Shown: positions 38,294-52,340, counted from the whole stretch's first letter. The stretch: 63,731 bases of DNA, filler included, from Octopus bimaculoides (GCF_001194135.2; 8 parts of 6 records of this genome joined end to end with filler, not necessarily neighbours in it); one strand, 5' to 3'. Program-made: numbers and translations. Notes: generated by a model from the letters alone, not told the origin.

Positions 38294-39409
38294 AAAGTGC
38301 TTTAACTATTTGACAAAAGTATTCGTATCTTGCAAAAATGTTTGTTTTGCTGGAATTTGAATGTTTGTTTTNNNNNNNNNNNNNNNNNNNNNNNNNNNNN
38401 NNNNNNNNNNNNNNNNNNNNNNNNNNNNNNNNNNNNNNNNNNNNNNNNNNNNNNNNNNNNNNNNNNNNNNNNNNNNNNNNNNNNNNNNNNNNNNNNNNNN
38501 NNNNNNNNNNNNNNNNNNNNNNNNNNNNNNNNNNNNNNNNNNNNNNNNNNNNNNNNNNNNNNNNNNNNNNNNNNNNNNNNNNNNNNNNNNNNNNNNNNNN
38601 NNNNNNNNNNNNNNNNNNNNNNNNNNNNNNNNNNNNNNNNNNNNNNNNNNNNNNNNNNNNNNNNNNNNNNNNNNNNNNNNNNNNNNNNNNNNNNNNNNNN
38701 NNNNNNNNNNNNNNNNNNNNNNNNNNNNNNNNNNNNNNNNNNNNNNNNNNNNNNNNNNNNNNNNNNNNNNNNNNNNNNNNNNNNNNNNNNNNNNNNNNNN
38801 NNNNNNNNNNNNNNNNNNNNNNNNNNNNNNNNNNNNNNNNNNNNNNNNNNNNNNNNNNNNNNNNNNNNNNNNNNNNNNNNNNNNNNNNNNNNNNNNNNNN
38901 NNNNNNNNNNNNNNNNNNNNNNNNNNNNNNNNNNNNNNNNNNNNNNNNNNNNNNNNNNNNNNNNNNNNNNNNNNNNNNNNNNNNNNNNNNNNNNNNNNNN
39001 NNNNNNNNNNNNNNNNNNNNNNNNNNNNNNNNNNNNNNNNNNNNNNNNNNNNNNNNNNNNNNNNNNNNNNNNNNNNNNNNNNNNNNNNNNNNNNNNNNNN
39101 NNNNNNNNNNNNNNNNNNNNNNNNNNNNNNNNNNNNNNNNNNNNNNNNNNNNNNNNNNNNNNNNNNNNNNNNNNNNNNNNNNNNNNNNNNNNNNNNNNNN
39201 NNNNNNNNNNNNNNNNNNNNNNNNNNNNNNNNNNNNNNNNNNNNNNNNNNNNNNNNNNNNNNNNNNNNNNNNNNNNNNNNNNNNNNNNNNNNNNNNNNNN
39301 NNNNNNNNNNNNNNNNNNNNNNNNNNNAGGTTATTCCACCATAATTATTGTCTATGTAGTTTGTTGATATAACTTGTTTTTAACATCAACTCATCGGCTA
39401 ATCATTATC

Positions 39410-39791
39410 GTTTCACCACCACCACCACCACCACCACGACTACCACCACCACAACTACTACAACTAGCTTGTACCGTCTCTATTACTCACGCCACCACAT
39501 CAGCAACAACTATCGCTATTACAACGAAAACGGCTACGTCTACCTCGGCCACAGAGCATCCACGCCACTCCCCGCTGCATCAACACTGCGGCTATTATCA
39601 TCAAGCATACACAACCAATGCAGTCAGCACTACAACGCGCAAGCAGCACCACCACTACCGCCACTATCACCAATACCATTATTACCACCACCACCACCGT
39701 TTCCACCACCACCACCACCACCACCACTACTAACACCACCACCACCACCACCGTTACCACCACCAACACCACTACCACCACCGTTAACACC
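39410..39791. repeat. Degenerate ACC/ACT trinucleotide tract
   Basis: Directly visible. Confidence 0.8.
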
Positions 39792-39891
39792 NNNNNNNNN
39801 NNNNNNNNNNNNNNNNNNNNNNNNNNNNNNNNNNNTTAATTAATTAANNNNNNNNNNNNNNNNNNNNNNNNNNNNNNNNNNNNNNNNNNNN
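39792..39891. other. Artificial 100-bp spacer
   Basis: N44-TTAATTAATTAA-N44. Confidence 0.97.
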
Positions 39892-39903
39892 ATATATATA
39901 TAT

Positions 39904-40088
39904 GGTACTACTAAAGCAGCACGGTCCCGAACGCGCAGTCGTGTGTCCGCGCTAGCTAGTCGTGAGTGGTCGATCCTATCCCTAACCCTAACCCGCGTGT
40001 GCAAATGAATACGTGTTTAGGGTTAGGGTTAGGATCGACCGCTCACGACTAGCTATCGCGTTCGGGACCGTGCTGCTTTAGTAGTACC
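39904..40088. mobile_element. 185-bp hairpin MITE-like element with internal telomeric repeats
   Basis: Perfect 32-bp outer arms; 39-bp inner arms (2 mismatches) ending in CCCTAA/TTAGGG repeats. Confidence 0.85.
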
Positions 40089-41159
40089 GTGGAAAAAATA
40101 TTAAAAAAAGGGGAAGAGAAATATTTTTTTTTTTTCCACATATTTTCAACTCATAATTTTAGCACGTGGTGTATACTGAATCTTCAGTATCTTTGCTCCT
40201 TGCATATATATCGATCGGCAACGGCGGTAGATCCCCTCACCGACTAAACTATAATTATTGTTATAAGTGGGTGTGTACTCATAGCGGTACTTGTGAAGAT
40301 AAAAAAAAATGAGCGAACAAATTGTCACGTTTAATTATACAAAGATTTTTAAAACTTGTTCGACTCCATAGTGAAGGAAGAGAAATCACATGGGTACAAA
40401 CTCTTATTTTGTTTTCTCATTAATGAAGAGGAGAGGAGGAAATTTTCACTTGTGTTATTGTTTGGGTGGAGACAAGGAACTTCAGTTTTCTCTTTTCTTT
40501 TTCTTTTTTCAACGAGAGTTAATATTTGTCTGAGAGTCACTGAACCAAACGACCTGTTAAGTACTGAGAGAAATAGTGAAAGTACTATACCAGCTAATCG
40601 CTATTGACGCAATGTCAGGAGAACACATACACACAGCTAATTAGTAGATTATTAAATACATACAAACACTTAAGAACAAGGTACACAATAGTACTCTAAA
40701 CACGTATACATAAATATACACACAGAGTAAGCAATATTATACATATGAACGTGCAGTTAGTTTAGTCTGAGACCTTGACAAATTGTAACACTACAGTCTT
40801 CTTAAAATGATATAAAATCAAAGATGTTCCTCACAGCTTGTTAGGTCACGAGCAAATTGAGGCCCGCTGAATTTTCTGAATGGCGCACCAATAAAAAAAT
40901 TAGCTTAGCTTAATTTTTTTTTTTTTTGTGCAGCCCTCTTTATGATGAACCATGTCTCATAGGAACCGCTTCTTGAAAAAAGCCGCTCATGCTTCACTTA
41001 AAAAACTACAGGACTAATGGCTAATATTTTCCAGTTGCATCAAATGGTTGACCTTGGAGCTTATTAATGGTCATAGCAAATAAGGAATTAATGGGGAATT
41101 ATCTCGTTTTCATACAAATGACTGGTATTAAATTACTTGGGTATAGATCTATTCCTAAT

Positions 41160-41379
41160 ATTGGTTTCAGTTTTTGGTACAAGGCCAGCAAGTTCAGGGG
41201 TGGGAGTTAAGACGATTACATCAACCCTAGTGCTTAACTGGTACTTGTTTTATCGACTCCAGAAGGATAAAGGGCAAGGTCGACATCAGCAGAATTTGAA
41301 CTCAGGATGAACTGATGGACAAAATGTCGCTAAGCATTTTGCCTGACGTGCTAACAATTCTGCCAGCCTGCCACCTTAA
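41160..41379 (-). mobile_element. SINE family A, diverged
   Basis: Family A body on the minus strand. Confidence 0.8.
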
Positions 41380-42999
41380 ATCTACTAATGATAATTTATA
41401 TTTCTGTTGCCAGTGATGGTTTCTGAAGTGATGCAGTCGATCGCTGAAATTCTGACGATAAGTTTAGTGCCATTCTGTAGCTCACTTCCGGGAATGTGGT
41501 TACACACGAGTAATTATAGCTGAGTCAGCTTTTAGTCTTAGCTCATGAGAGAGTGAGATACTTACGGTTTGCCCATTGTCTCTAGCTACGGCATTGCCTA
41601 CACTCTTATGTTCTATAATAGATTCATTATTATTTAGCCACAGGGCATCTATTCTCTTTCTTGTCTTATAATTTTTTTCTTGCGTGTGTATCCAATGTAA
41701 TTGTTAGTTGTCAGAAAATCCACTTGGAAAACTCATTCTAAGAAAGGTGAATAAATGTGGCCAAATGGTGCTTCCAACTTAAGGATGTGAACTGAAAAGA
41801 CAATATCACTTTCCCACTGAAGTCAACTTGCTTTCCATTCCTCCAGAGCCCATAAATAAGTACTTATTATATACCATATTTGAAGGCATATAAGGCAATT
41901 TATTGCTAAAAAGAGTCTCAAAATATCATCCTGCTCTTATATGTGAAGTTGGGCATAGATTACATACTTTCTTGAGTATGCACTGCTGAAATTATAGCAT
42001 AATTAATATACCCATGTATCTTATATGCCATCAAACATGGTGCTGTGAATTGATTGAAGTGACTATACTCCTCATTTTTAAATATCTTGGCTTTTGCCAA
42101 ATTGTAGCATTAATAGTAGAGGCAGTAAGAAGCTGGTTGATTCTGTTTCAGTAAGTAGTTAGATGCTTTTGAATGTGTAAAATGGCACTGTACTGTTTCT
42201 GAATTCAAACCATTCCAGAATTAACTTTTTCTACCATTCTACAAGAGTCCACAGAAAAGGTAGTAATAATATCCTCTTTTTGCCAGAAGAAAATTTTTTT
42301 AAGAATCAATCACATGTCAAGAGAAATTACTATTAGCAATAATCCGTTTTAATGAGTTCAAATTCCACTGATGTTAAATACATTTCTCACACCTCTGGAG
42401 TCAATACTCAGAAGGCTTTCACTAATCTCTACACATTTGCAGCTTTTTCCCCATGACGAGAAATCATTATCTCCATTATTTCCCATTTAATTTTGATACC
42501 TTAGTGATAAGTAACCATGGCAGCACAGCAGACTTAATTATTAGCATGGCAACTCTTCAGTTTAGAGATAAAATACTCATAATCTGAATAAATTGAACAG
42601 GAAACATTTGAGAAAAAGAGAGACAGCTGGTTAACGATAGATAGATAGAGAGGGGGAGAGAGAGAGAGAGATGGAAAAAAGAGAAAGCAGAGTAGAAGAG
42701 AGAGAAAGAAACAATGATAAACGGTGAAGAATAAGAAAAAATCAGCTAAGAAAGCTAACATGTAATGACTAATCTGATAATGTGTCAAAGAGGAACATAT
42801 TTCTGTGTAACTAATTGTATGATAACAGACGACCAAGTGAAAATGTACATATGTATGTGTCCGTGTATGGGTGTATGTGTGTGTGGATATATATATAATA
42901 TATATGTGTGTGTGTATGTATAGATATATATATGTGTGTGTATANNNNNNNNNNTCCGCTTTCCATGCTAGCATATATATGTATATATATGTATGTATG

Positions 43000-43032
<33 letters not shown>

Positions 43033-43103
43033 ATATATATGTATATGTCTATGTATAGATATATGTGTATATATGAATATTTAATGTATATATATATTTT
43101 ATT

Positions 43104-43294
43104 CTTTTACTTGTTTCAGTCATTTGACTGCAGCCATGCTGGAGCAACGACTATAGTCGAGCAAATCGGCACCAGGACTTATTCTTTCTAAGCATAGTAC
43201 TTATTTTATAAGTCTCTTTTGCCGAACTGCTAATTTACAGGGACGTAAACACACCAGCATCGGTTGTCAACCAATGTAGGGGGGACAAACAGAT

Positions 43295-43326
<32 letters not shown>

Positions 43327-43489
43327 GACAGGCTTCTTTCAGTTTCCGTCTACCAAATCCACTCACAAGGGTTTGATCAGCCCAAGGTTATAAAAGAAGA
43401 ATCTTGCCCCAGGTGCCACGCAATGCGACTCAACCCGGAACCATGTGGTTTGTAAGCAAGCTACTTGCCACACAGCCACTCCTGTGCCT
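43104..43489 (-). mobile_element. SINE family B, near full length
   Basis: Head, internal microsatellite and 3' module all present. Confidence 0.9.
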
Positions 43490-43524
43490 ATAAGAAGTTA
43501 CCTTCGCAGCGGAGAGAGATATAA

Positions 43525-43558
<34 letters not shown>

Positions 43559-43573
43559 CATATATATATATAT

Positions 43574-43673
43574 NNNNNNNNNNNNNNNNNNNNNNNNNNN
43601 NNNNNNNNNNNNNNNNNTTAATTAATTAANNNNNNNNNNNNNNNNNNNNNNNNNNNNNNNNNNNNNNNNNNNN
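43574..43673. other. Artificial 100-bp spacer
   Basis: N44-TTAATTAATTAA-N44. Confidence 0.97.
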
Positions 43674-43705
<32 letters not shown>

Positions 43706-45399
43706 GTGTGTATACGAATACATATATAACAGGTGTCTATGGTTGTATTCGTGTACATGTACACACATACACATAAGAGATAGGCGCAGGCGTGCCTGTA
43801 TGGTAAGAAATTTGTCTTCCATACATACACATGATTTCGGGTTCAGTCCTACTGCGGAGCAATGCGAGCAAATATCTTCTATTATAGCCTGGGGCAATTC
43901 AAAGCCTTGTGAAATGCAACTAAACAAGATTTTTCTGACCGAAATGTAATATTGATATATTTCGCCATTTATCAAGCTGTTATAAGCAACACGAAGGTTT
44001 ATTAAGTGCGTTCGCTGCAACTGACGTATGAATGAGAATAAGTATTTAGAAAAAGACAGAAAGAAAATTACAAGGGAGATAATGAAGCCCGCAATAAACA
44101 TAACCAATGTCCTATGGTTATCAATAGTACATAAGCCAGACTGGAATGGTTTATGATGTATTCTGTGGGATTTTAAGAAAAAGATTCCGCTAAGATATAT
44201 TTTTTGAAATGTGAACATAAAGAAACAAAACGTCGTTACTGGAATTTACACAGTCGCTGAAGATTTTGAATCTTTTTTGTTTTTTTTTTGTTTTTGGAAA
44301 CATGAAAGTTTTCAAAGGAACATATCAAATACGGTTTGGTCTTAGAAACGATCTTCTATTTGATGTTGTATCTGACGTTTTCGTTCCTAAATTTCCGGAT
44401 TCATGTCGAGAGTGTTGTTGTATGCCTCTACTTCCTGTGTCTAAAAGGCAAAAGATAGTTGTTTTATCAGGATTTAAATTTTCGTCACACTGATCTTGTG
44501 TAACGCTTGAATTCTGTCCGGCCGTACCCTTAGTTTGTTGATATCTGTGCTTCGTAAACAACAGAGGATGTATCTTATGCCTGTCCAAGAGGACTATTAG
44601 GTTTATCTCTGAAAGTGCATCCAGGACAGATCTGAGCCATAGGTTGTTTATTGATATAAATCTTTACACTAGGGTAGGGTAGGGGGTGGGGGCACGAAAG
44701 CGTGATTCTAGCCATGTACCTATTAACTATTATTCTATATTTATGGTTGCTTGGAAAGTGATTATCTAATAAGTGTCTGAGTCTTTTACCTACATTTGTC
44801 CTAACATTTAAAGAAAAGGACAGGGCGAATCATAAAATTTTACGTGTCCTTTTCTTATCACCAGATGGAGGGTAATAAAAGATTATTCACTGAAGCCTTA
44901 TTATGATAGAGGCAAGCCTTTTCAAATATTTCTCTACATAAAGAAAGACATGTAATTTTAGGGTTAGTGTTTGAAATTAAGTTCTTAAATACAATACGTG
45001 TGTGACAGAAGTGCTTATTATTATAGTTGAGATTTTCTGTAGGATTATGGAAAGATTTACAGGAATCAGTTTTCAGGTTCAAGGAAACAACTAAAAGGTC
45101 AATCCTAGTTTCGTTTGTGTCAATAGGGACACTAAACCTTAAAGATCTTAAGGTCAAAATCAACTATTTTCTGAGAGAATCCATAGCGTGGTCATCACAA
45201 TTGTGTGACAGAGCCAAAGCATCTAATTAACTGGTAACTAGTTCATTCTGAACCATTATTCTTGCAGCTGACTTCCAAATTCTTACTTCTACTGTTTATT
45301 GCATTTTTAGCAAATATAAAAAAGAAGCCACCCCAGTAGATTACGCACCCACACACTCACTCACTCACACATACCATTCTCACATACACACTTACGCAT

Positions 45400-45680
45400 G
45401 CGCACCTGCTCTTGTTGGGATCAATATCACTTTATTATCTCCTTTTCATTCAACCGATTTTTTGTATTATTATCTCCCTTTCTTTCCACGTCTTTTTTTT
45501 TTTCAATCATTCACCATGCTAAACTGAATTTTTTTTTCATTCTCTCTCAGTTTATTTTCACATATTCTTTTCTGTTGAAGAGCGTAGGTTCGAAATGTAA
45601 AAGACATTTCCAGAGCGTCAAACTAATACACTTGCATGTTGTTCATAGACTTGTTGTCTTTTGCTTTTCTATAAATTTAA
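45400..45680 (+). mobile_element. Penelope-like terminal repeat (family H2) with hammerhead-like motif at 45567-45603
   Basis: CTTTT-CTGTTGA-A-GAGC-GTAG-GTTC-GAAAT-GTA-AAAG. Confidence 0.6.
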
Positions 45681-46094
45681 GCTATCGATTATTGAATATG
45701 CTAAAATATGCAACAATAAAACTGCTGCCATACATTCTGGATTATCACCTACTAGATGAGTCCTTCGTAACTGGCGGAATGACAGATTAAAAAAGATTCA
45801 AAATTGTTGGACGAACCAAACGGAATTTTTCAACGGGAATCGTTACAAAAGAAAAAAAAAATCAGAAGACTGGATGGTTGACAACTGGAATTCTTGGATT
45901 GGTGAATCAACAACACTGAAGGAGAGAAAACAGAAAAGTAGCGTAAAAGTATTATAAAATGAAACAATTTATGATTGCGTACAAGATCTAGAATTTCACA
46001 GAGCATACCAGAAGCTAATGAAGATATAAAATATTTAAATTTCATGAATTCATTGTAAAGACATGTAAAAAAATTCGTGACATAATCTTAATAA

Positions 46095-46510
46095 AGGCGC
46101 AGGAGTGGCTGTGTGGTAAGTAGCTGGCTTCCAAACCACATGGTTCCGGGTTCAGTCCCACTGCGTGGCACCCTGGTACTACTATAGCCTCGGGTCGACC
46201 AAAGCCTTGTGAGTGGATTTGGTAGACGGAAACTGAAAGAAGCCCGTCGTATATATGTATATGTATATATATATGCATGTATGTGTGTATTTGTGTGTTT
46301 GTATTTGTCCCCCCAACATCGCTTGACAACCGATGCTGGTGTGTTTACGTCCCCGTAACTTAGCGGTTCGGCAAAAAGAGACCGATAGAATAAGTACTAG
46401 GCTTACAAAGAATAAGTCCTGGGGTCGATTTGCTCGACTAAAGGCGGTGCTCCAGCATGACCGCAGTCAAATGACTGAAACAAGTAAAAGAGTAAAGAGT
46501 AAAAGAGAGT
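46095..46510 (+). mobile_element. SINE family B, full length
   Basis: Best-preserved copy: tRNA-like head (GGGTTCAGTCCC), internal microsatellite, 3' module, (GTAAAAGA) tail. Confidence 0.95.
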
Positions 46511-47238
46511 AAAAAAATATTATATCCCTAACAATTCTTTTTAAATAAAGAGCGCGCATTACACCTGCATGTGCATTGTGCTGAGTGAAATACACTGTGT
46601 GTTTGCATTTATTTAGCTACAGTATATTCTGTTAAGAACGTAGTAGAGTACAGTATAAAGCTCGTCCCCCTTCAGATTTCACTCTGTGTTATTCAGTAGC
46701 AGTTTTATATGTACTTCTAGGTTTGCGTTTGGGTATCTGTCGTGTGTGAATAAATAATTGAAAAAATTTGGAGTCAACATGCAGGAGTACGGTTGAACAT
46801 TTATTTTCAATCACTACAATTGCTTCTACGCAACGAAATTCTCCAGGCGTGCAGGTATTTGATTATACAATCATTTCCCTGCATTATGAGATCTAGCTGC
46901 ATTTCCTCAGGCGATATATCAATATTGTCTCCGTAAATTCAAATTCTTGGCTTCAAGAGCATTCTTTCTATTTGTCGTGGCCTGGAGTTAGTAGTAGCCA
47001 TTGAGTTTATATAAGGTGTTATGTTGCTGAAGAACCGTTGGCAAACTGATTTGAATGAATGTGTAGATATAATGCGATGGTGTTTCTGCTAATGTTAAAA
47101 TGGTTGCCGTTTTCAAGGGATTGGCATTTGATTTCTTTGTACTGTTGATTTGCTCATCATGGTTGGTTGCACATGCGATTGTCCCTAGCTGATCTTTAAG
47201 ACTCGGCCCATACGTGCACATACACGCAGACACGCACG

Positions 47239-47277
<39 letters not shown>

Positions 47278-47470
47278 ACACACACATACGCACGCATCCA
47301 CACACCACACACGTACACGCGGGCACAAACACACACACACATATACGTGCACATACACGGATATGTACGCACACTTACACGCACACTTACACTCATATAC
47401 ATATATATATATACATATACACACGCACTCATATACATACTGAGTGCACGTGTGTGTGTGTGTGCGTGCG

Positions 47471-47503
<33 letters not shown>

Positions 47504-49212
47504 TAGTTTTAGGGAAATAACCAATTTTCAAGAACTCATCGATGAAAATCCACTATCACATATAGAAAAATTAATAATTAAAAGCACAATAAATGAGTAT
47601 AATATAAACTAAAGTAAATATCATAAGATAAATAAATAAAAAGATTACACGTGTTTCATAACTAATTTTCAAATAGAAAAGAATTTTAAATCGATTAAAA
47701 TCAATTGAAATTATCGAAAATAAGTTCTATTCAAAAATATAGCTACTCGTCAGATCGTAAGTAGAACAATAATTAGATATATATATCTCAACCAACAATA
47801 AGTACCAAATGAATTAATATGAAATACTTATTATATANNNNNNNNNNNNNNNNNNNNNNNNNNNNNNNNNNNNNNNNNNNNNNNNNNNNNNNNNNNNNNN
47901 NNNNNNNNNNNNNNNNNNNNNNNNNNNNNNNNNNNNNNNNNNNNNNNNNNNNNNNNNNNNNNNNNNNNNNNNNNNNNNNNNNNNNNNNNNNNNNNNNNNN
48001 NNNNNNNNNNNNNNNNNNNNNNNNNNNNNNNNNNNNNNNNNNNNNNNNNNNNNNNNNNNNNNNNNNNNNNNNNNNNNNNNNNNNNNNNNNNNNNNNNNNN
48101 NNNNNNNNNNNNNNNNNNNNNNNNNNNNNNNNNNNNNNNNNNNNNNNNNNNNNNNNNNNNNNNNNNNNNNNNNNNNNNNNNNNNNNNNNNNNNNNNNNNN
48201 NNNNNNNNNNNNNNNNNNNNNNNNNNNNNNNNNNNNNNNNNNNNNNNNNNNNNNNNNNNNNNNNNNNNNNNNNNNNNNNNNNNNNNNNNNNNNNNNNNNN
48301 NNNNNNNNNNNNNNNNNNNNNNNNNNNNNNNNNNNNNNNNNNNNNNNNNNNNNNNNNNNNNNNNNNNNNNNNNNNNNNNNNNNNNNNNNNNNNNNNNNNN
48401 NNNNNNNNNNNNNNNNNNNNNNNNNNNNNNNNNNNNNNNNNNNNNNNNNNNNNNNNNNNNNNNNNNNNNNNNNNNNNNNNNNNNNNNNNNNNNNNNNNNN
48501 NNNNNACATACACGGATATGTACGCACACTTACACGCACACTTACACTCATATACATATATATATATACATATATACACTTGTAGATATATTTATGCATA
48601 CTAAACTCAAGGAGAGGCACGAATATGTACATATAAAAATACAGCCAGATATACGCAAACATGGATAGGGGAAAGGGGAGAGGGAGAGAGTTCACTGTGT
48701 TGTATCTGGAAAATGCAAATATTGGCGAGGTGACATCTTAGCATTTTCTCAGTTTGCTTGTTTACCAAGTTTTCTTTACTAAACAGAATGCACAAGGTTC
48801 CCTCAAGGCACAGGTCAGATACTCTGGATAGTATATTATATGGGTGTGCAATTCTTATTATTTACCGTTCTACTTCATATTTCATTTTTCCTTCTTTTAA
48901 TCTCCACATTAGGTCCGCTAGTGATGTTGCGTGTCGCCGGCTTATCTTTCGGAATAAGGAGATATGAATGCAATTAGGGATCTTGAATTGGTTTTGGGTG
49001 GCTCCTACAAATGTGTATTTATGTTGTGGTGTGATGATTGTGCTTTTGTATATGATGTCTTTATGTATGATTGAACATGCAGGTTTCTTGCGACAGGAAA
49101 CACAAGTACATTACATAATGCAGAGAAACGGGGGGCATAATAAAGTACTTGCAAGCCTAGTGATTGGAAAATAAATGTTTAACCGTACTCCTTATTGACT
49201 CGATTTTTTTTC

Positions 49213-49284
<72 letters not shown>

Positions 49285-49329
49285 GTGTGAGTGTATGTGT
49301 GTATATGTATGTGCGTGTGTATGTTTGTG

Positions 49330-49512
49330 TGTGTGTATGTTTGTCCCACCAACATCACTTGACAACCTATGTTGGTGTGTTTCGGCAAAAGAGAGTGATA
49401 GAATAAATACTAGACTTACAAAGAATAAGTCCTGGGGTCGATTTGCTCGATTAAAGGTGCTGCTCCAGCAAGCCCGCAGTAAAAATGACCGAAACAAATA
49501 AAACAATAAAAG
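49330..49512 (+). mobile_element. SINE family B, 3' part with deletion
   Basis: Family B 3' module. Confidence 0.8.
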
Positions 49513-49921
49513 AATATATATATATATTTGTATGTATGTAAATATATGTGTGTGTGTATATATATATTTATATATATATATACTTTCATGTTTTTCTTTT
49601 TGTTTTTGTCCTTCCTGATAAAACCCTTTCTGATACAGTCAGTAGACTGCAGCCATGCTAGGACACCAAACATACATGCCTATACGTATGTATGTATTAT
49701 GTATGTATGTATGTATTATGTATGTATGTATGTATGTATGCATGTATGGATGTATGTATGTATGTATGTATGTATGTGTGTATGTATGTGTGTGTGTATG
49801 TATGTATGTATGTGTGTATGTATGCATGCATGCAGGTATGTATCTACCTACCTACCAACCTACTTACCTATCTATATCCATATATCTATAAATATTTATA
49901 TATACACACACACACACACAG

Positions 49922-49977
<56 letters not shown>

Positions 49978-50339
49978 ACATAAATGTTCTTGTCTTTATG
50001 CGAATGAATGTATATAAATCTTCGCACGATAAGGCATGCAAAATAGAATATTCAATTTGTGTTTGTTATTTAGAAGTCTTTCCTTATAATTTTTGTTCTT
50101 GTGTTGGTATCAAATTCATTTGTTATTGTTGTTATTGCTGATTTTATTGTTTTATGTTCGTAGCATAAATAAACATAATTTCACTTAATGACAGACTTAT
50201 CGTAGATGTTAGTCAATTTTTCTTCTATTCACGATTTTCGAAAATAAAATGCAAATCTAATTTGTACAACGGTGAAACACATTTTCCGATTGTGCTAGTA
50301 AGATCAACTACGTTACTACCTCATCATTTAATGTATGTT

Positions 50340-50720
50340 ACCTTTAGTTATCTGCTACTTTAGGGCATCTCTATATCGGCGACACTTTGTCAATGAATAA
50401 GTAGTTATTCAAGCCTCACATACTTCATATTATATGTTTCTACCGTTTGATGTTCAACAAGCAGTTGTATCGGGTGAGCTTTTCAATGATATGTTACTGC
50501 TGCTTACTTTGTATTTATATTATCTATTATTGTACACGAACTTACTACAGACTCCTCACTGCTTTCATTGAGATTTGTTGCTATTTCAATGAACCACTGA
50601 TAATAGATCGCTGTGTAGCACTCCTAAACTATTGTTTTCATCATGTACGTTGTTATAAAGACGACGCTGCAGACTTGTTGTTGCCTCTACTTAGTACTGA
50701 CTTGGTCAATATGCCTCTAA
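50340..50720 (+). pseudogene. Possible decayed class A GPCR fragment
   Basis: One stop-interrupted frame gives SSLLSLRFVAISMNH...IAV.H (TM3-like) and CCLYLVLTWSICL (TM4-like); weak. Confidence 0.2.
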
Positions 50721-50849
50721 AAGCCACACCTCAGATTCAAATGTAAATTGTATAGTGCCTCTTTCCTTTTGTCACCTCTTAGTAATTTCGATATTTTTGC
50801 TCTTATATTAGCAATGATTTCTTGTATTATACAATAATAAAAGCTTCAA

Positions 50850-51290
50850 GCCGGCAAAATCGTTAGCGCGCCGGGCGAAATGCTTAGCCATATTTCGTCC
50901 GTTTTTACGTTCTGAGTTCAAATTGCTTCAAGGTCGACTTTGCCTTTTTTCCTTCCGGGGTCGATAAAATAGGTACCAGTTGAGCACTGGTATTTATTAG
51001 TCGAAGTAATCGACTAGCTCCCCCCCCCCCAACATTTCATGTCTATAATAGTGTCTATAGCAGTAAGAATTACTTTCAAATTGGTAAGCTGGCAGAATCC
51101 TTAACATGCCGAACAAAACGTTTAGCAATATTTTTTTTATGCTTTACTTTCTGATTTCAAATTCCGCAGAAATATACTTTGCCTTTCTTCTTTTCGGAGT
51201 CGACAAATTAAGTATTGTTTGAGCAGTGGCGTCGATGTAATTGACTAGCACTCCCTCCTATAAAATTTCAAGTCTTTTTCCTATAATAGA
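50850..51290 (+). mobile_element. Two tandem SINE family A copies
   Basis: Bodies at ~50850-51065 and ~51085-51290. Confidence 0.8.
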
Positions 51291-51410
51291 GTGTTTATAC
51301 TATGAAATTTCTTCGTTCATTACTACTGATGCTATTGCAAACGATTTTTATGGAAGGTAAAAATTGATAGAAAACAATGGCATAAATCTGAAGTGTTACT
51401 GTTATATTTT

Positions 51411-51965
<555 letters not shown>

Positions 51966-52014
51966 GAAAAAAAAATAATACATATTGCAGTTTAATTAAC
52001 TATTACGTAGTGAA

Positions 52015-52340
52015 GGGGCATGACTCAGTGATTAGAGAATTTGGCTCACAATCTTGAAGTAGTGAGTTCGATACCCGGACCGGCCTGTTTGTCGTGTTCT
52101 TGAGCAAGACACTTTATTTCACGTTGCTCCAGTTCACTCAGCTGTAGAAATGAGTTGCGACATCACTGGTGCCAAGCTGTATCCGCCCCTTTCCCTTTGC
52201 CATGGATAACATGGAGACTGATATGCATGGGCGACTGCTAGTCTTTCATAAACAACCTTGCCTGGACTTGTGCCTCAAAAGGTAACTTTCTAGGTGCAAT
52301 CCCATGGTCATTCATGACTGAAAGAGGTCGTTACCTTTTG
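52015..52340 (+). mobile_element. tRNA-derived SINE family E (CORE-like middle)
   Basis: A-box GACTCAGTG, B-box GAGTTCGATACCC, then TTGAGCAAGACACTTTATTTCAC..CTCAGCTGTAGAAATGAG. Confidence 0.7.

Noticed and set aside
45755-45790. CTAGATGAGTCC...GGCGGAAT, hammerhead-like
   Set aside because: Too many core changes to support.
47050-47090. DLNECVD resembling a calcium-binding EGF start
   Set aside because: Stops follow immediately and the cysteine spacing is wrong.
47351-48577. ~70-bp sequence repeated at 47351 and 48507
   Set aside because: Low-complexity and adjacent to a large gap; cannot be separated from misassembly.
48788-48970. Two small putative exons with good splice signals
   Set aside because: Joined frames give only short unrecognised peptides ending in stops.
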